Positions 23,930 through 37,359 of a DNA stretch of 64,000 nucleotides are shown here, piece after piece. The translations under genes and the position numbers were made by a program. Below the pieces are notes generated by a model that saw only the letters and a program-made list of their open reading frames with translations, made no database searches and was not told where the DNA came from. This DNA is from Anthoceros angustus (Eukaryota > Plantae > Anthocerotophyta). The stretch covers positions 620,001 through 684,000 of the forward strand of contig MU008167.1 of the NCBI GenBank assembly GCA_010909165.1, read 5' to 3'. Position 1 is the first letter of the stretch. Every line of letters begins with the position of its first letter.

Positions 23930-26480
23930 TGTTGGCGAGACGCCAATGATGAGAAGGGAGTATGTGGGCTATGCACTTCGGGAGTTAAGAACAAGTAGGG
24001 TTTCGCTTTTTTAGGATTGAAGGATAAATAAGGCGGAAAGGAGGAATAAATTGGGGTAGCGCCGGACGAGGCTCGAGTATACTCCGGACTGAGTGAACAA
24101 CGGACCCCTTACCACTATGGCAAGCTCGACACGCCGAGTAACGGATAAGTCCGAACCCACTCCAGTCAAAACAGGATAAGTACGCCAGGAAAGTAACCTA
24201 GGAGCGGAGGCGTGAGGATGACGAGGCGGCGCCACGGACGGCCCCGAGTGGAGGTCGGGCATGAGGTCAGACTCAACCTGCTGAGGCCGCAGGTATTCAC
24301 GCCCGGCGCGCGTAAGGCGAGGCGGGCGTAGGGTCGAGTAAGCCATGCACTCGCGCTACGGACAACGAAGAGGCGCCTTCCGCCCAGATTACTTCCACAA
24401 GCGCCATCCGCATGGGCGTTAGCAGAAGGTGACCACACAACGGACCTGCTTACTTGACCTACGGACACTCTCCGTAATGCCGTGGAGTTTGAAGTGCCCA
24501 CTTTTCGAGTAATGATGGAAGGGGCAGAGGAGGAAAGCCACCGAGCGACTCTTGGGGTTTGTTGACACGGAGGACGGGGAAGAAGCTCAGATGCAGATTG
24601 GTGCAAAAAGATTTGGCACGATCGTCGCGAATCGGAGTATGTAAAGGGGGACTGGCCCTCCTTTATGATAGTCGTTACATGCATTTTCCAGCAAACTTCA
24701 CCGAGATGGATGGGTCCGTACCAAGTGGTGCAAGTATATGACAACGGGTCCGTCCGGCTAGATGGAGAGCTGCCCACTCGGGTGAACGGGTGGCGGGTGA
24801 AGAAGTATCATGCTTAGTGTTGGCGAGACGAGATGAGAAGGGAGTATGTGGGCTATGCACTTCGGGAGTTAAGAAATAAGTAGGGTTTCGCTTTTTTAGG
24901 ATTGAAGGATAAATAAGGCGGAAAAGGAGGAATAAATTGGGGTAGCGCTTGGACGAGGCTCGGAGTATACTCCGGACTGGAGTGAACAACGGACCCGGTA
25001 CCACTATGGCAAGCTCCGGACTACGCCGAGTAAGTCCGAACCCACCCGTCAAAGGATAAGTACGCCAGAAAGTAACCTAGGAGGCGTGAGGATGCGAGGC
25101 GGCGCCACGTGACGGCCCCGAGTGGAGGTCGGGCATGCGAGGCAGACCGTAACCTTGCAGGCCGTTATAAGTATTCACGCCCGCGGGCGCGTAAGGCGAG
25201 GCGGGCGTAGGGTCGAGTAAGCCATGCACCGGACCCCGATTCACGGACAGCGCCTTCCGCCATACTTCCACAAGCGCGGCCAAGGAGGGAGGTCACCGCG
25301 CAGCCTCCGCATAATCCTCAGCCCTTGCGCCCGCAATCCGGCTCTCGCGCTATCTTTTGGGCGCCAGAGAGCGCGCACCGTCAAGGTTGGAGCAATGAAC
25401 GCGCGGAGGAACATCGCGGACCGCCAGCCTACAAAGAACAAGAGGAGGAGAAAGCAATGGCACCCAAAAGCCGCGGAGTCTGGGAGCCATGGACCGTGGA
25501 GCGCAACATTGTGACCCGGCGCTATCCGGACGGCCCCGGCCGGAGGAAGCAGGGGAATTGGGCAGGATGTATCTGGTCCAAATGGTCTGACCTTGACCGC
25601 TACTCTAGTCCGGAGTTTGCCCGGAAGATGTTGGCGATCAACAAGGAGGTCCGATCCAAGAACCTCCGGAGGACCCGAGGCGATGGACCTTGAGGTCCCG
25701 AGGATGGCCTACAACCGCCCAAGGAGGAAGAAGGGCGGTGCCGAGCCCCTTAAGGCGAAGGGGAAGATAGGGCCACCAAGGCGCGCGTTGAGGCTCGAAC
25801 GCAGCGGACAACCAACGGATGGTTGATATCCGATCCGCCGGATACGAGTAAGGGCGGTAGCCCGGATCATTGTCCATTGAACTCGCCACCAAGGTGGATC
25901 ACCTTGGTGATAACCTGGTATTCTCGCATGCGCCCATGGGAAGAGAGCGGACGGGAAGGATTATCTTCGCCCGTTCCGAGGCACGCAAGCTAAGGAGCGA
26001 GAAGCCTCGCCATCCGTGGGCGTTCGGACAGCAGAAGGTGACCACACACGGACCTGCTTCTTGACCTCGGACACTCTCCGTAATGCCGGTGGGTTTGAAG
26101 TGCCCACTTTTCGAGTAATGATGGAAGGGAGGCGAGAGGAGGAAAGCCACTCGGCGACTCTTGGGGTTTGTTCGGCCACGGAGGACGGGGAAGCTCGGTG
26201 AAGATGCAGTGCAAAACCAAAAGATTTGGCACGATCGCCATTGCGAATCGAGTATGTAAAGGGGGACTGGCCCTCCTTTATGATAGTCGTTACATGCATT
26301 TCGAGCAAACTTCACCTGAGATGGATGGGTCCGTACCAAGTGGTGCAAGTATATGACAACGGGTCCGTCCAGCTACGACAGCTAGATGGAGAGCTGTTGC
26401 CCACTCGGGTAAACGGGTGGCGGGTGAAGAAGTATCATGCTTAGTGTTGGCGGAGACGCCAACAGATGAGAAGGGGAGTA
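23500..26480 (+). repeat. Two tandem re-duplications of integrase C-terminus + PPT + LTR 5' part
   Basis: PPT (gagaagggag) and LTR start recur at 23963, 24847 and 26481. Jumps back into integrase occur at the microhomologies CAAGCGCCA (~24400) and CGCCATC (~26010). Confidence 0.85.
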
Positions 26481-29400
26481 TGTGGGCTATGCACTTCCCT
26501 GGGGAGTTAAGAAATAAGTAGGGTTTCTGTTTTTTTTAGGATTGAAGGATAAATAAGGCGGAAAAGGAGGAATAAATTGGGGTAGCGCTTCGGACGAGGC
26601 TCCGGAGTATACTCCGGACTGGAGTGAACAACGGACCCGGTACCACTATGGCAAGCTCGGACTACGCCGAGTAACGGATAAGTCCGAACCCACTCCAGTC
26701 AAAACAGGATAAGTACGCCAGAAAGTAACCTAGGAGCGGAGGCGTGAGGGCAGGCGGCGCCACGTGGGCGGCCAGTGGAGGTCGGGCATGCGTAGAGGGG
26801 GCCGTAACCTTGCAGGCCGTTATAGCAGTATTCACGCCCGCGGCGGCGTAAGGCGAGTAAGCGAGCGTAGGGTCGAGTAAGCCATGCACCCCGCGATTAC
26901 GGACAACGAAGAGGCGCCTTCCGATTACTTCCTGCGCGCCAAGGAGGGAGGTCATTTCGCGCTCCAGACAATCCTCAGCCCTTGCGCTCCGCAATCCGGC
27001 TCTCTGGCGCTATCTTTTGGGCGCACAGAGCGCGCACCGTCAAGGTTGGAGCGTGACGCGAAGGAGGAACATCGTGCCGGACTCGCCCGGCCTACAACAA
27101 GAGGAGGAAAGCAATGGCACCCAAAAGCCGGAGTCTGGGAGCCATGGACCCTCGTGGAGCGCAACATTGTGACCCGGCGCTATCCGGACTTGCCCGGCCG
27201 GAGGAAGGGGAATTGGTGAGTGGCACTGGTGTTCCGGTCGGACCTTGACATCTAGTCCGGAGTTTGCCCGGAAGATGTTGGCGGCGATCAACAAGGAGGT
27301 CCGATCCAAGAACCTCCGGAGGACCAGGCGATGGACCTTGGAGGTCCCGAGGATGGCCTACAAGAAGGAGGAAGAAGGGGCGTGGTGCGAGCCCCTTAAG
27401 GGGAAGATAGGGCCGCCACGGGCGTGAGGCTCGAACGCGGACAACCAACGGATGGTTGATATCCGATCGCCGGTCGAGTAAGGGCGGTAGCCGGATCATT
27501 GTCCATTGGAACGCCACCAAGGTGGATCACCTTGGTGATAACTGTGGTATTCACGCATGCGCTCGGGAAGAGAGCGGTGGGAAGGATTATCTTCGCCGGT
27601 TCGATCGACGCAAGCTAAGGAGCGAAGCCCTCGCCATCGGTGACCCCACGATTCATGTATGGGGACATTTCGAGCTCTGAAGGAGGGAGAGCTTGAGGGC
27701 GCCCCGGAAGCCGGAGGCCCTGTGGCAGAGCGTGCAAGGGCGCCGAGGTGGGGGTCGTCCTTCAAGACCAAGCGGACTCGGAGGAGGACGATCGAGGATT
27801 CCGGACTCCATACGTCTGAGCGAACCCCTCACCACCTGTGGAAGTTTGGGAGGCGATTCCCCTTCCTCCTTTTGGTGCCCTCCGAGCAGTGGAGGGAGCC
27901 GATGCCGAGGCGGGCGGCCCGCACCGGAGAGCCAACAACCACGACGGCCGAGCCCCGACGAACTCAAGTCAAGAGGCGAAGACGGTGCCGCTTACCAACG
28001 CACCTCGAAGGTGACTTACCCCGCCTACCTGAGTGGCAAGAGGTCAAGAGGCGGAAGGAGGGCGAAGGACGTGGCCCAAGGAGCAGGAGGTCACGGCAGC
28101 CCCGAGCCGTCCTGCCCCGGCTGTGAAGGGGCAAAAGAGCTTGCTCCGGACCCCCTCACCTCCTCCGAGCCCTGTGAGAAAGAGGGCACAAAGGAGTTAG
28201 AGGCCAAGAGGGCCAAGAGGGTGAGACTCGGACCTCACCACTGTGACCGAGGGTCCCGATTAGGTCCGAGAACCCAGTCGGACTTACCCGACCGCGGTAT
28301 GGAGGTCCTTGGCGGATGAGAAATGCCGGCCCCACTACGGACTTTGTGGGGCCTCACTCCGCGGCCGGAAGAAACACGGCGAAGTCCGCTACCGCATGGA
28401 CGGAATGCTTTGGGGTCTCTGTGGCAATGGAGAAGACCTGTGAAGTGGAGGCCACCCGAGGAGGATGGTGGAACCCAAGAGCAAGTGAAGGCGGCCCGGG
28501 GGCAAAGGAAAGGCGGAGTCCCTCGCTCGGATCGAGGAAGGGAACGCCGGGTGGAGCGCGAGGCCCGGCGGTTCAGCAGACTGTTAAGGTTCTTCACCAA
28601 CAAACAAGCAAGCTCAGAGGCCCAAGCGGCGGAGGACCTTGCGAAGAGGGAAGCGCAGCAGAGGCTAAGAGGCCCGGCACAAGAGAGAGCTCGGGACTGG
28701 CGGAGGCGGCCCGGCCAGAGTGGGGCGGCCTGTAAAGGCGGCGAAGGAGCCGCGAAAGAGCGACCGGATCACACGCGGATCGAGGAAGCGGCGGAGAGGA
28801 GCAGGAGGTGACCGAGGCTAACTGGCCGAAGGCCATGGAGCGTGCAAGGCCAAAGGAGGAGATGGAGGCCAAGACTGGGAGATAGGAGATCTCCGAGCAC
28901 ACAGGAAGTAGAGGAGAGCGCAGCAGATGGAGGACAAGAAGGACACGCCGAGCTACAACCCAAGATGCGCTTGAGCAGTGATTCTCAACGAGAGAATCCA
29001 CGACTCGAGCACGAAATAGAGTGCCTCCTCAAGACGGAGGAAAATCGGCGACTATCCAAGGAGTTGGACGCTGCTGCTGTATGAGCCGGAGGAAGTCCGA
29101 GCCTGGACGGGTATCCGACACCGGAGAGGGAGTCTGAGCTAAAGGCCGAATGAACGGAGGAGCGCGAGCACGGAAGTAAAAGAAGCCGGTCCAGAGAGAA
29201 AGGCGAAGGGAACGGCCTATGGCGGTAAGCCGGCAATGGAGAGGAAACGACGGAGCCGGAGGAGTGTGAGCAGCAACAATGCAGGAGGTGACCGAGGCCG
29301 CCTTGTAGCCTCGCGTGATACGCCCCTGCCCACCACAACTGGGAGAGGTGGCCCAACAAGCCGGGCAAAAGACGCCCCCTAACACTTATGGCGGAGGGAG

Positions 29401-30964
29401 TATCGGTGCTCGCACACGTGGAAGAGGCAATTCAACAAGTCGATCTGACTTTGCCTATTACCACGCCGAGCTCCTCAAGGCGAGAAGCCTCTCGACGCCA
29501 CGAAATGGACGGACCGGAAGGCTCAAGGAGATGAAGGCCACGGGACAAAGACAGGACCCTAGTGGCCCTGCTTGAGATGACGGAGCGCGGAGAGGAGCAG
29601 GAGGAGGAGAACGAGGAGCGGCGGATGCGATCGAGGTAAGCACCCCGCACCTCACCATGGAAGGAGGGGCCAACGGCGAGTCACCGGCGATCGGGAACAG
29701 GAGGACTTGAGGAGAGCCACGGAGGAGTCCCGTGAGGGAGGAAACCTGGGCGGAGTCCGGACTTTGTCCGGACTCAGAGGAGGCCGGACCACAAGTCCGG
29801 ACCCGGTAAGTCCGGACCAAGTCCGGACCCGGAATAAGTCCGGACCACGAGGTCCGGACCACGAGGTCCGGACCCGGTAAGTCCGGACCAGAAAGCCGGA
29901 CTCAAGTCCGGACCAGATAAGTCCGGACCAAGTCCGGACCCCAGAATAAGTCCGACCGAGGTCCGGACCCCTGAGACAAGGTCGGACCTAGCCGGCCGGA
30001 CCAAGTCCGGACTCAAGTTCGAGTCGAGACAGACCTCGAGGACCGGATCGGCAAGAAGGAGGAGCCCCTTCGACTTACGCTTAGGGGAGCAGATAGTGGC
30101 CCCACCGGCGACCTGTGGAGGCTGTGGAGGATGACGTCGGTAACGGCGGTTGTCGATCACCGAGCCCAACCCGATGTGATTCCGGAGAGGAGGGGCCCCC
30201 TCACGGATCATCCGATTGGGTGCACCACAACCGCTGTGACGGGGATTGACCACCCATTCCGAGGGGGCCTGTGACCTTCCCACACGGAAGGAGATAGGGG
30301 GGATAGGATGGTAGGCGGCCGATTAGGGTATACCGAAATGGCTATCACCGGGGTGTAATAAAGACGCCTTGGGCGCAGATAAGAGGGCCGAGGCCGCCTA
30401 GTAAAGCATCTTTCTCTTGGTGTTGATGCCGCTGCACCTTTGTGAGTCTTCTTGCTAACGTGAGTCCCGAGTCACCGAAAGGTGCACGACACCCGGGAGA
30501 TTGATCAAGGTCCCGTGACTTAACGCGTTGTGGTGTGTGCGGGGAAGGGTGATCGGATCGTCCGGAGCCGCGTCCGCACCGAACGGATCGAACGTGAGCC
30601 GGAGGAACTCGGGAGGGTGTGGGTAGAGCCCGGACGGAGGCCCGGAACGACGAGGAGGTCCGGATCACAGAACCCGCGTCTTTTCTAAGATCAAGAGTGT
30701 AGCGTGAGGGGAGAGAGGAAAGGACCGGATGCGTGAGGATGGATGTGAACGATACGGACGCGAACGGGTCCTAAACGCTTGGCCATACCGGCTGTCACGG
30801 TGAACGCTGAGAGTAGTTAGGAGTATGTGTGTGTGTTGAGGCCGAACGAGCGCTAAGGAAGAATCACCAAACGCGTAAACGGGCCTATCATTCCCTTGGG
30901 AACGGACTTCTTCCTACAACGACACGGATTGTGCGCTACCTACCGCCATCAAAAGTCCGCCACA
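26481..30964 (+). repeat. Gypsy LTR2 (complete, ~4.5 kb)
   Basis: Preceded by PPT gagaaggggag-ta, starts TGT, ends gtccgccaCA, followed by ttttggcgc PBS. Confidence 0.9.
29755..30015. repeat. GTCCGGAC palindrome array in LTR2
   Basis: About 14 perfect units plus variants. Confidence 0.9.
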
Positions 30965-31034
30965 TTTTGGCGCTCGGGAATGAAATCGGTCTGTGGTGCT
31001 GCAAAGTGCGTCCTTAGGAAGAGAAGGTAAGTGA

Positions 31035-34000
31035 ATGCGTGGCGGTCGAGCGACGGTCAAGAGTGAACCGTCAGGAGGATCGGACGTGGTCACCTCGCGT
31101 GCTCTCCGAGCCAGGGAGAGAGAGAGACGTCAAACCCAACGAGAGAGCACCGTCGATCAGAGGAGGGAGAACGTGGTCGAATTGTCGGACCAAGACGAGT
31201 ACGGGGTACAAGGGACGCCAACGGAAGAAGGTAGGACAGCCACGCCTAACCCACTGATGGCAGCAGCCATGGCCCCTACCTCGACCAAACAAGCGTACTC
31301 CATATTCGGAGGGAAGAAGGAGCGGGATGCGGAGACCTTTGTGGAGGACTTCGTGTCCAAAGCCAACTTCAACGGAGAGGGAGCCGACGCGACTCATCCA
31401 GCTTTCCAAGGGGTTCTCCGAGGGACTCACCAATGGTATCGGAGAAAGTACCGACCACCGGAGAATGCCCCACCCGCCTGCTTGAAGCTTTGAAAATGCC
31501 TTCTTAGAACGGTTTCGAGGATCGACCGAGGGGTATGTATTATCAAAGTTGGAAAACTGGGCGAGGAAGAAGGAGAAGGGGCTCAGACATCGAGCGGTTC
31601 TATGCCCCGAGGATCGGCATCCAACCCATACCACGATGCAAGCGGTACGGTGGTTCGCGGCGGTCTAGCCAAACCCATGGCTGTGCACGCCGCTGCCGAG
31701 AAGGACGTGGGCAAGGCGGTCGAGCGGCCGAAAACTACGAGGAATCGCTACATCGAGGATAAAGAAATCCGCCAAGGAGGCAAGAAGAAGAAGAAGAAAC
31801 GGGTTCGGGACTCGAGGAGGAAGAGTCTTGAGGAGGAGGAAGACCAATCGGAGGTGTCTTCGGAGGAGGAGCAGTCCAAGAAGAGACGGAGGTCTCTAGC
31901 GAGGAAGAGTATCCCGCAAGAAGAAGAGCAAGAAAGCCCAAAAAAGAAGGTGGTAAGAAGGAGGTGGTGACACCAAGACGTCCGAGAAGCTCCGGACCCG
32001 ACTCCCTCAAAGGAGGTAGCAGTCCGGGAGGACCCGAAAAGTGATAAAGAGAGTAGAGGACCGCGATAAACTGTGTTAAGGACCGAGCGCGGAAAACACC
32101 GACTACGGCGAACGCATCTCGGTGCCGTGTGCCGCAGAACACGGCCATTCGAAGTCCAACCGCCTCAAGGCCGGTGCATCAAGTGGACTACGAATGGAGG
32201 AGGAGGCCGAGGAGCAATGGGAAGAGGCCTATCAGTGCGTGAAGCCCCTCCGGGCCGCGATATCCCAAAACCATGTATCCGCCAACCGGAGGTCCGTCAA
32301 TACAACGAGCCCCACCGATGCAAAGACCGCATGGGAGCCCTTCGTATCCTCCGCAGGCGGGTCCGTTGGAACCGCGGGGAATCTCGCCATTACTCCAACG
32401 CGTCCGCACTCCAACGAGGCGGTAATGGGGACTTCGAGGTGGTGGCGATCGCAAGGTGCCGGGCATATGACAGACGCTATGTCCCAACCCCGCACAAGGA
32501 CGTACGATATGCCACACCAAGCGGAGAACCCCGACCACCAACGCCACCTCCTAAGACTACTGCAGCAAGTCAAGATGCTCCATGGAGGAAGAGATTCCCA
32601 GGTACGCGAGATGGAAAAGAACAAGAAGGTACGGTGGGGTGTCGAAAGGAAGGGAGTGGAAATCTTGAGGTGTCTACTCAGATCAAGGAAGGAGCGACGA
32701 GAAAGGCGCCATTGAAGAAGAACAAGATCGGAGGAAGCGCCACGACGAGGAATCAAACGGAAATACCAGCAGAGGATCCGACCGATGAAGGAGGCTGGAC
32801 GGGCAGCCCGCCGGAGGGATTACCCAAGGAAGTTCTCCCACAGATGTGAGAAGGAACGGTGCCTCCGCGACGGCGACGTTAGCTTCCACCGGACGTAGTC
32901 CGGAGGTGACCGAGATGTTGCAGGAGGAAATGCGCATCCGGAGAATACCGAACACGTGACCGGGAGAGGATGAGGACGCAGCAGGATCCTCGATTGGGGT
33001 AGAAGCCTCGCCTTTAATGTGGCGACCGATGATGAATCGCAGACTTGTGTCCTTTCGACCGCCGAGGGATAACCCAATACCGCAAGAGGTCCGTCGGGCC
33101 GTTAGGGAAACCCAGCCTCGGAGCACCAAAGCCGTGAAGGGTAGCATGAAGTGAGGGTGGTGTCCCATACGGACCTGGGGCGCCATGGTACAAGTGGAGA
33201 TTGGATGTATCATCAAGGATGTACTGCTGGACACGGGTCCGAGTCAACCTCATCACAAGCCACGGCACGAAAATTGGGCTTCACATCCTTCAACCTCAAC
33301 GAAGACTCGAGAATGGCGTATATGTCAAGAAGAGATCCGCGGGGGAGTTAACCGAGTCTTGGCCACCATAGCCGCGCACTACAAACCGGATTTTGTTGTG
33401 ATCAAACCGCCGGACCATTAGGGTATGAGGTGTTGTGGGCGGCCATGGTGGGTTGGCCTGCAAAGCTACACTTTGGAAGGAAGGAGATTCACTTCAAGCC
33501 GGTGGTGGGACCCTAAGGTGCGAGAAGGGAGGGTTGCTATCACCGGAGCAAGGACACCTATTGTGGGAAACTGTGAGCACTACGAAGGGTATACCTCGAG
33601 GACTCCACCGGGCGACGAACAAGATAGCTCCGAGGAGGCGACTTTCGCCAAGATCCGCCGGGTCCGAGGAGGAGATGGACTACCGCGGATGCCTTTGGGA
33701 AGTGGTTGATTGTTTTCGAGTAAACGCCACAACGGGCCGGAGGAAGGAAGTGAAGAGGAGGTCGGACCAAAGACAAGGGGAGACAACAAGAGTCGGACCA
33801 AGGAAAAGCGGACATCAAGGAGTAACACGATTCACCTCCGACGAGCTCTTCAGAGAATGGGGATGCGAGAGGACGATCCCGAGAGGAGGACGAGGGGTTT
33901 GGACGCAGCGAGGCAAAGACGAACGGAGACGGTGAACCCGGACGACGTGGAAGAAGTGGAGGTCCGGCCAGTCAAGTTTAAGAAAGGCATGCCTCCGGAC

Positions 34001-37000
34001 CAAGGAAGGACTAAAGCACTGGGGAGTTTTATGAGGTGTTCGCCTTCAAGGTCACGGACATGAAGGGCATTCAAGAAGTGGGAGAGCATAAGATCGATTT
34101 GAAGCCGTGAGCGTGCCATCAATCCGACAATACAAGCTCAACCCCAAGTATTCGATCAAGGTGAAGGAGGTCCTTGATAAGTACCGGAGGCGACATCATT
34201 TTCCCCATCACAACAGAGTGGGTCGCTACCGATTGTGGTGGTTCCCAAGAAACAGTGACAAATTCGGTATGCCAAGATTGGAGGAAGCTCAACGGAGAAG
34301 GACCACTTCCGATGCCATTCGTGACGACATTTTGGACAAGGTGGTCGGACGGACTACTTACTCCTTCCGGATGGCTACTCCGGATACAACCAATTGCACC
34401 TAAGGGAGTCGGACCGACAAGACGACCTTCACTACGGAGTGGGTACGCTTTTGCCTACAAGAGAAGTGCCTTTGGGATGACCGGAGCGCTGTGGTCGCTC
34501 ATGCGTATGGTGACCAACGCCTTCCGTGACTTCGAGGGACTTCATGGAGATATTCTGGATGATTTTTGTGTGCATGGGGAGCAGGACAAACACCTTGGGC
34601 ATCTAAGAAGGTGCTTGAGCGCGCCGGAGACTCAATTGAGCCTACACCCGAGAAATGCTACTTTGGAATGACGGAGGGAATCTTTGGACATCGGTGTCGG
34701 GGAATCGAGGTGGACCAGACAAGGTCCGGTCATCCTCTCCACCGACGAACCTAAAGGAGCCGAGAGGTTTCGAATGGTGGGATACTACCGGTTTATTAAG
34801 GACTTTGCGAAGAGGGGCTAAGCGATGTAATCATGAAGGAGGAGGTTTGGACCGGTCACGGACATGAAGGGCATTCAAGAAGTGGGAGAGCATAAGATCG
34901 ATTTGAAGCCGAGCGGTGCCATCAATCCGACAATACAAGCTCAACCCCAAGTATTCGATCAAGGTGAAGGAGGTCCTTGATAAGTACCGGAGGCGGACAT
35001 CATTTTCCCCATCGTCAATGAGTGGGTCGCTACTTGTGGTGGTTCCCAAGAAACACCAGACAAATTCGGTATGCCAAGATTGGAGGAAGCTCAACGCGGA
35101 GAAGGACCACTTCCGATGCCATTCAGACGACATTTTGGACAAGGTGGTGGACGGACTTACTCCTTCCGGATGGCTACTCCGGATACAACCAATTGCACCT
35201 AAGGGATTTGGACAAGACGACCTTCACTACGGAGTGGGGGTACGTTTGCCTACAAGAGAAGTGCCTTTGGGATGACCGGAGCGCCGGTCGCTCATGCGTA
35301 TGGTGACCAACGCCTTCCGTGACTTCGAGGGACTTCATGGAGATATTCTGGATGATTTTTGTGTGCATGGGGAGCAGGACAAACACCTTGGACATCTAAG
35401 AAGGTGCTTGAGCGCGCCGGAGACTCAATTGAGCCTACACCCGAGAAATGCTACTTTGGAATGACGGAGGGAATCTTGGACATCGGTGTCGGTGCGGAAT
35501 CGAGGTGGACCAGACAAGGTCCGGTCATCCAGCCTCCAACGAACCTAAAGGAGCCGAGAGGTTTCGAATGGTGGGATACTACCGGTTTATTAAGGACTTT
35601 GCGGCTAAGTTGGCCGAATCATCTGCGGAAGGAGGAGGTTTGGACCGGTCACGGGAGCGAGAGGAGGCCTTCGGATTTACGTAACACCTTGGTAAGCGAC
35701 CGGTTCTAAGAGGACCGGATCGAGCAGAAATTTCATGTGTATGTAGATGTGTCCGCTTTTGCTATCGGAGTAGTGCCGAGCCGAAGGACGCGCGGGATTG
35801 GATTATCCCGTATACGACGACCACCCACGCGAACGAAAATACACAACTAGAGCGCCAATCGGTATGGTGTCGCCAAGAAATTCGACACTACCGCTACCCA
35901 AAGTGAGTTTGTGTTCTATGTAGACCACTTTTTGAAGCATCCGGTGAATAAGGCGGACTGTCCGGACGGATAGCAAGGTGGATATTGTTGCCGCAGGAGT
36001 TCACGTCAAGTGGAAACAAGACAAGGGAGGCAGACCAAAATGCAGATTTCGTCACGATTGAAAACACGGTGTTGAGAGATCGTGAAGATGCTCCGGATGA
36101 GACATTGGTTGCCGCAGAGAAAAGTACAACCGGAGGAGCCCACCGACCAACCCCAAGCTACGAGAACCTTAGCGGAGAAGGGAGGGCCGCCGTCCGACCC
36201 ACGAAGAAATGGAGCGGTACCTGGGAATGGAGCTTCCAAAATCGACTGTGACGAGGGAGGCATTCGTGCACTATGCTCGACCCTTCGTAATGTACAACGG
36301 TGTGTGTTCAAATTAGGGCCGACGGAGTAGAACGAAGGTACTTACAACCCAGAGAGTGAGCGCTGGGAATGCACGAAGGATTGGGGGAGGACACTACGCA
36401 AAGACAGTCACCACCAAAAGATTTTGAAGCGGATACCGGTGGCCAACAATGTATGGGGACACCCACCGCTTAGAAGAAGTGTGATGCTTGTCGGATCGGA
36501 AAGCCAACCCCGACGACACGTGGCCGCTAGTACCGATATTGGCACCGCACCTTCAAAAGTGGGGTATTGACTTTGTTGGACCTATACAGCCTACGACAAG
36601 ACACACACAAAGGAGATACATCCTGGTGGCAACGGACTACTGCACCAGGTGGGTAGAGGCGGTGGCGACAAGAACGGACTCCGCAAATACCGTGGCCAAA
36701 TTCCTGTACGAGAACATCATAACCCGGTACGGATGTCCGCTGCAGTTGGTAAGTGATAGGGGAACCCATTTCCTTAATGATGTGGTGGCCGCCATGACGG
36801 AGTATTTCGGCATCAATCATCGCAAGACGGCACCCTACAATCCTAAGGCCAATGGGCTGACAGAGAAGACAAATGGGCTCATCTGCAGGATCGAATAAAC
36901 TCACTGAACTACGCCCATGATCGGATACCAAGCGCCATCCTGTGGGCGTTCGGACAGAGAAGGTGACCACACAACGGACCCCTTCTTGACCTACGGACAC

Positions 37001-37359
37001 TCTCCGTAATGCCGTGGAGTTTGAAGTGCCCACTTTTCGAGTAATGATGGAAGGAGGAGGAGGAAAGCCACTCGAGCGACTCTTGGGGTTTGTTCAGACA
37101 TGAGGAGGGAAGAAGCTCACTGAAGATGCATGGTGCAAAACCAAAAGATTTGGCACGATCGCCGATCATGAATCGGAGTATGTAAAGGGGGGACCCGCCC
37201 TCCTTTATGATAGTCGTTACATGCATTTTCCGTGCAAACTTCACCGAGATGGATGGGTCCGTACCAAGTGGTGCAAGTATATGACAACGGGTCCGTCTCC
37301 ATGCCTAGATGGATGCCCTCGGGTGAAACGGGTGGCGGGTGAAGAAGTATCATGCTTAG
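31035..37359 (+). pseudogene. Gypsy gag-pol copy 2 (frameshifted; RT segment tandemly duplicated at ~34050-35650)
   Basis: Same domains as copy 1: VLLDTG protease, and a cleaner integrase core at 36488-36898 (KWGIDFVGP..ATDYCTRWVEA..VSDRGTHF..YNPKANGLTEKTN). Confidence 0.9.

Noticed and set aside
26226-26480. Chromodomain or env gene after integrase
   Set aside because: Integrase stops at KKYHA* and the PPT follows within ~25 bp; no chromodomain is present and no TM segment was evident in the LTR ORF.
29755-30015. CRISPR-like appearance of palindromic repeats with variable spacers (also 50180-50585)
   Set aside because: Repeats are 8-10 bp with 1-10 bp recurrent spacers or shuffled modules, inside eukaryotic TE DNA, with no cas genes.
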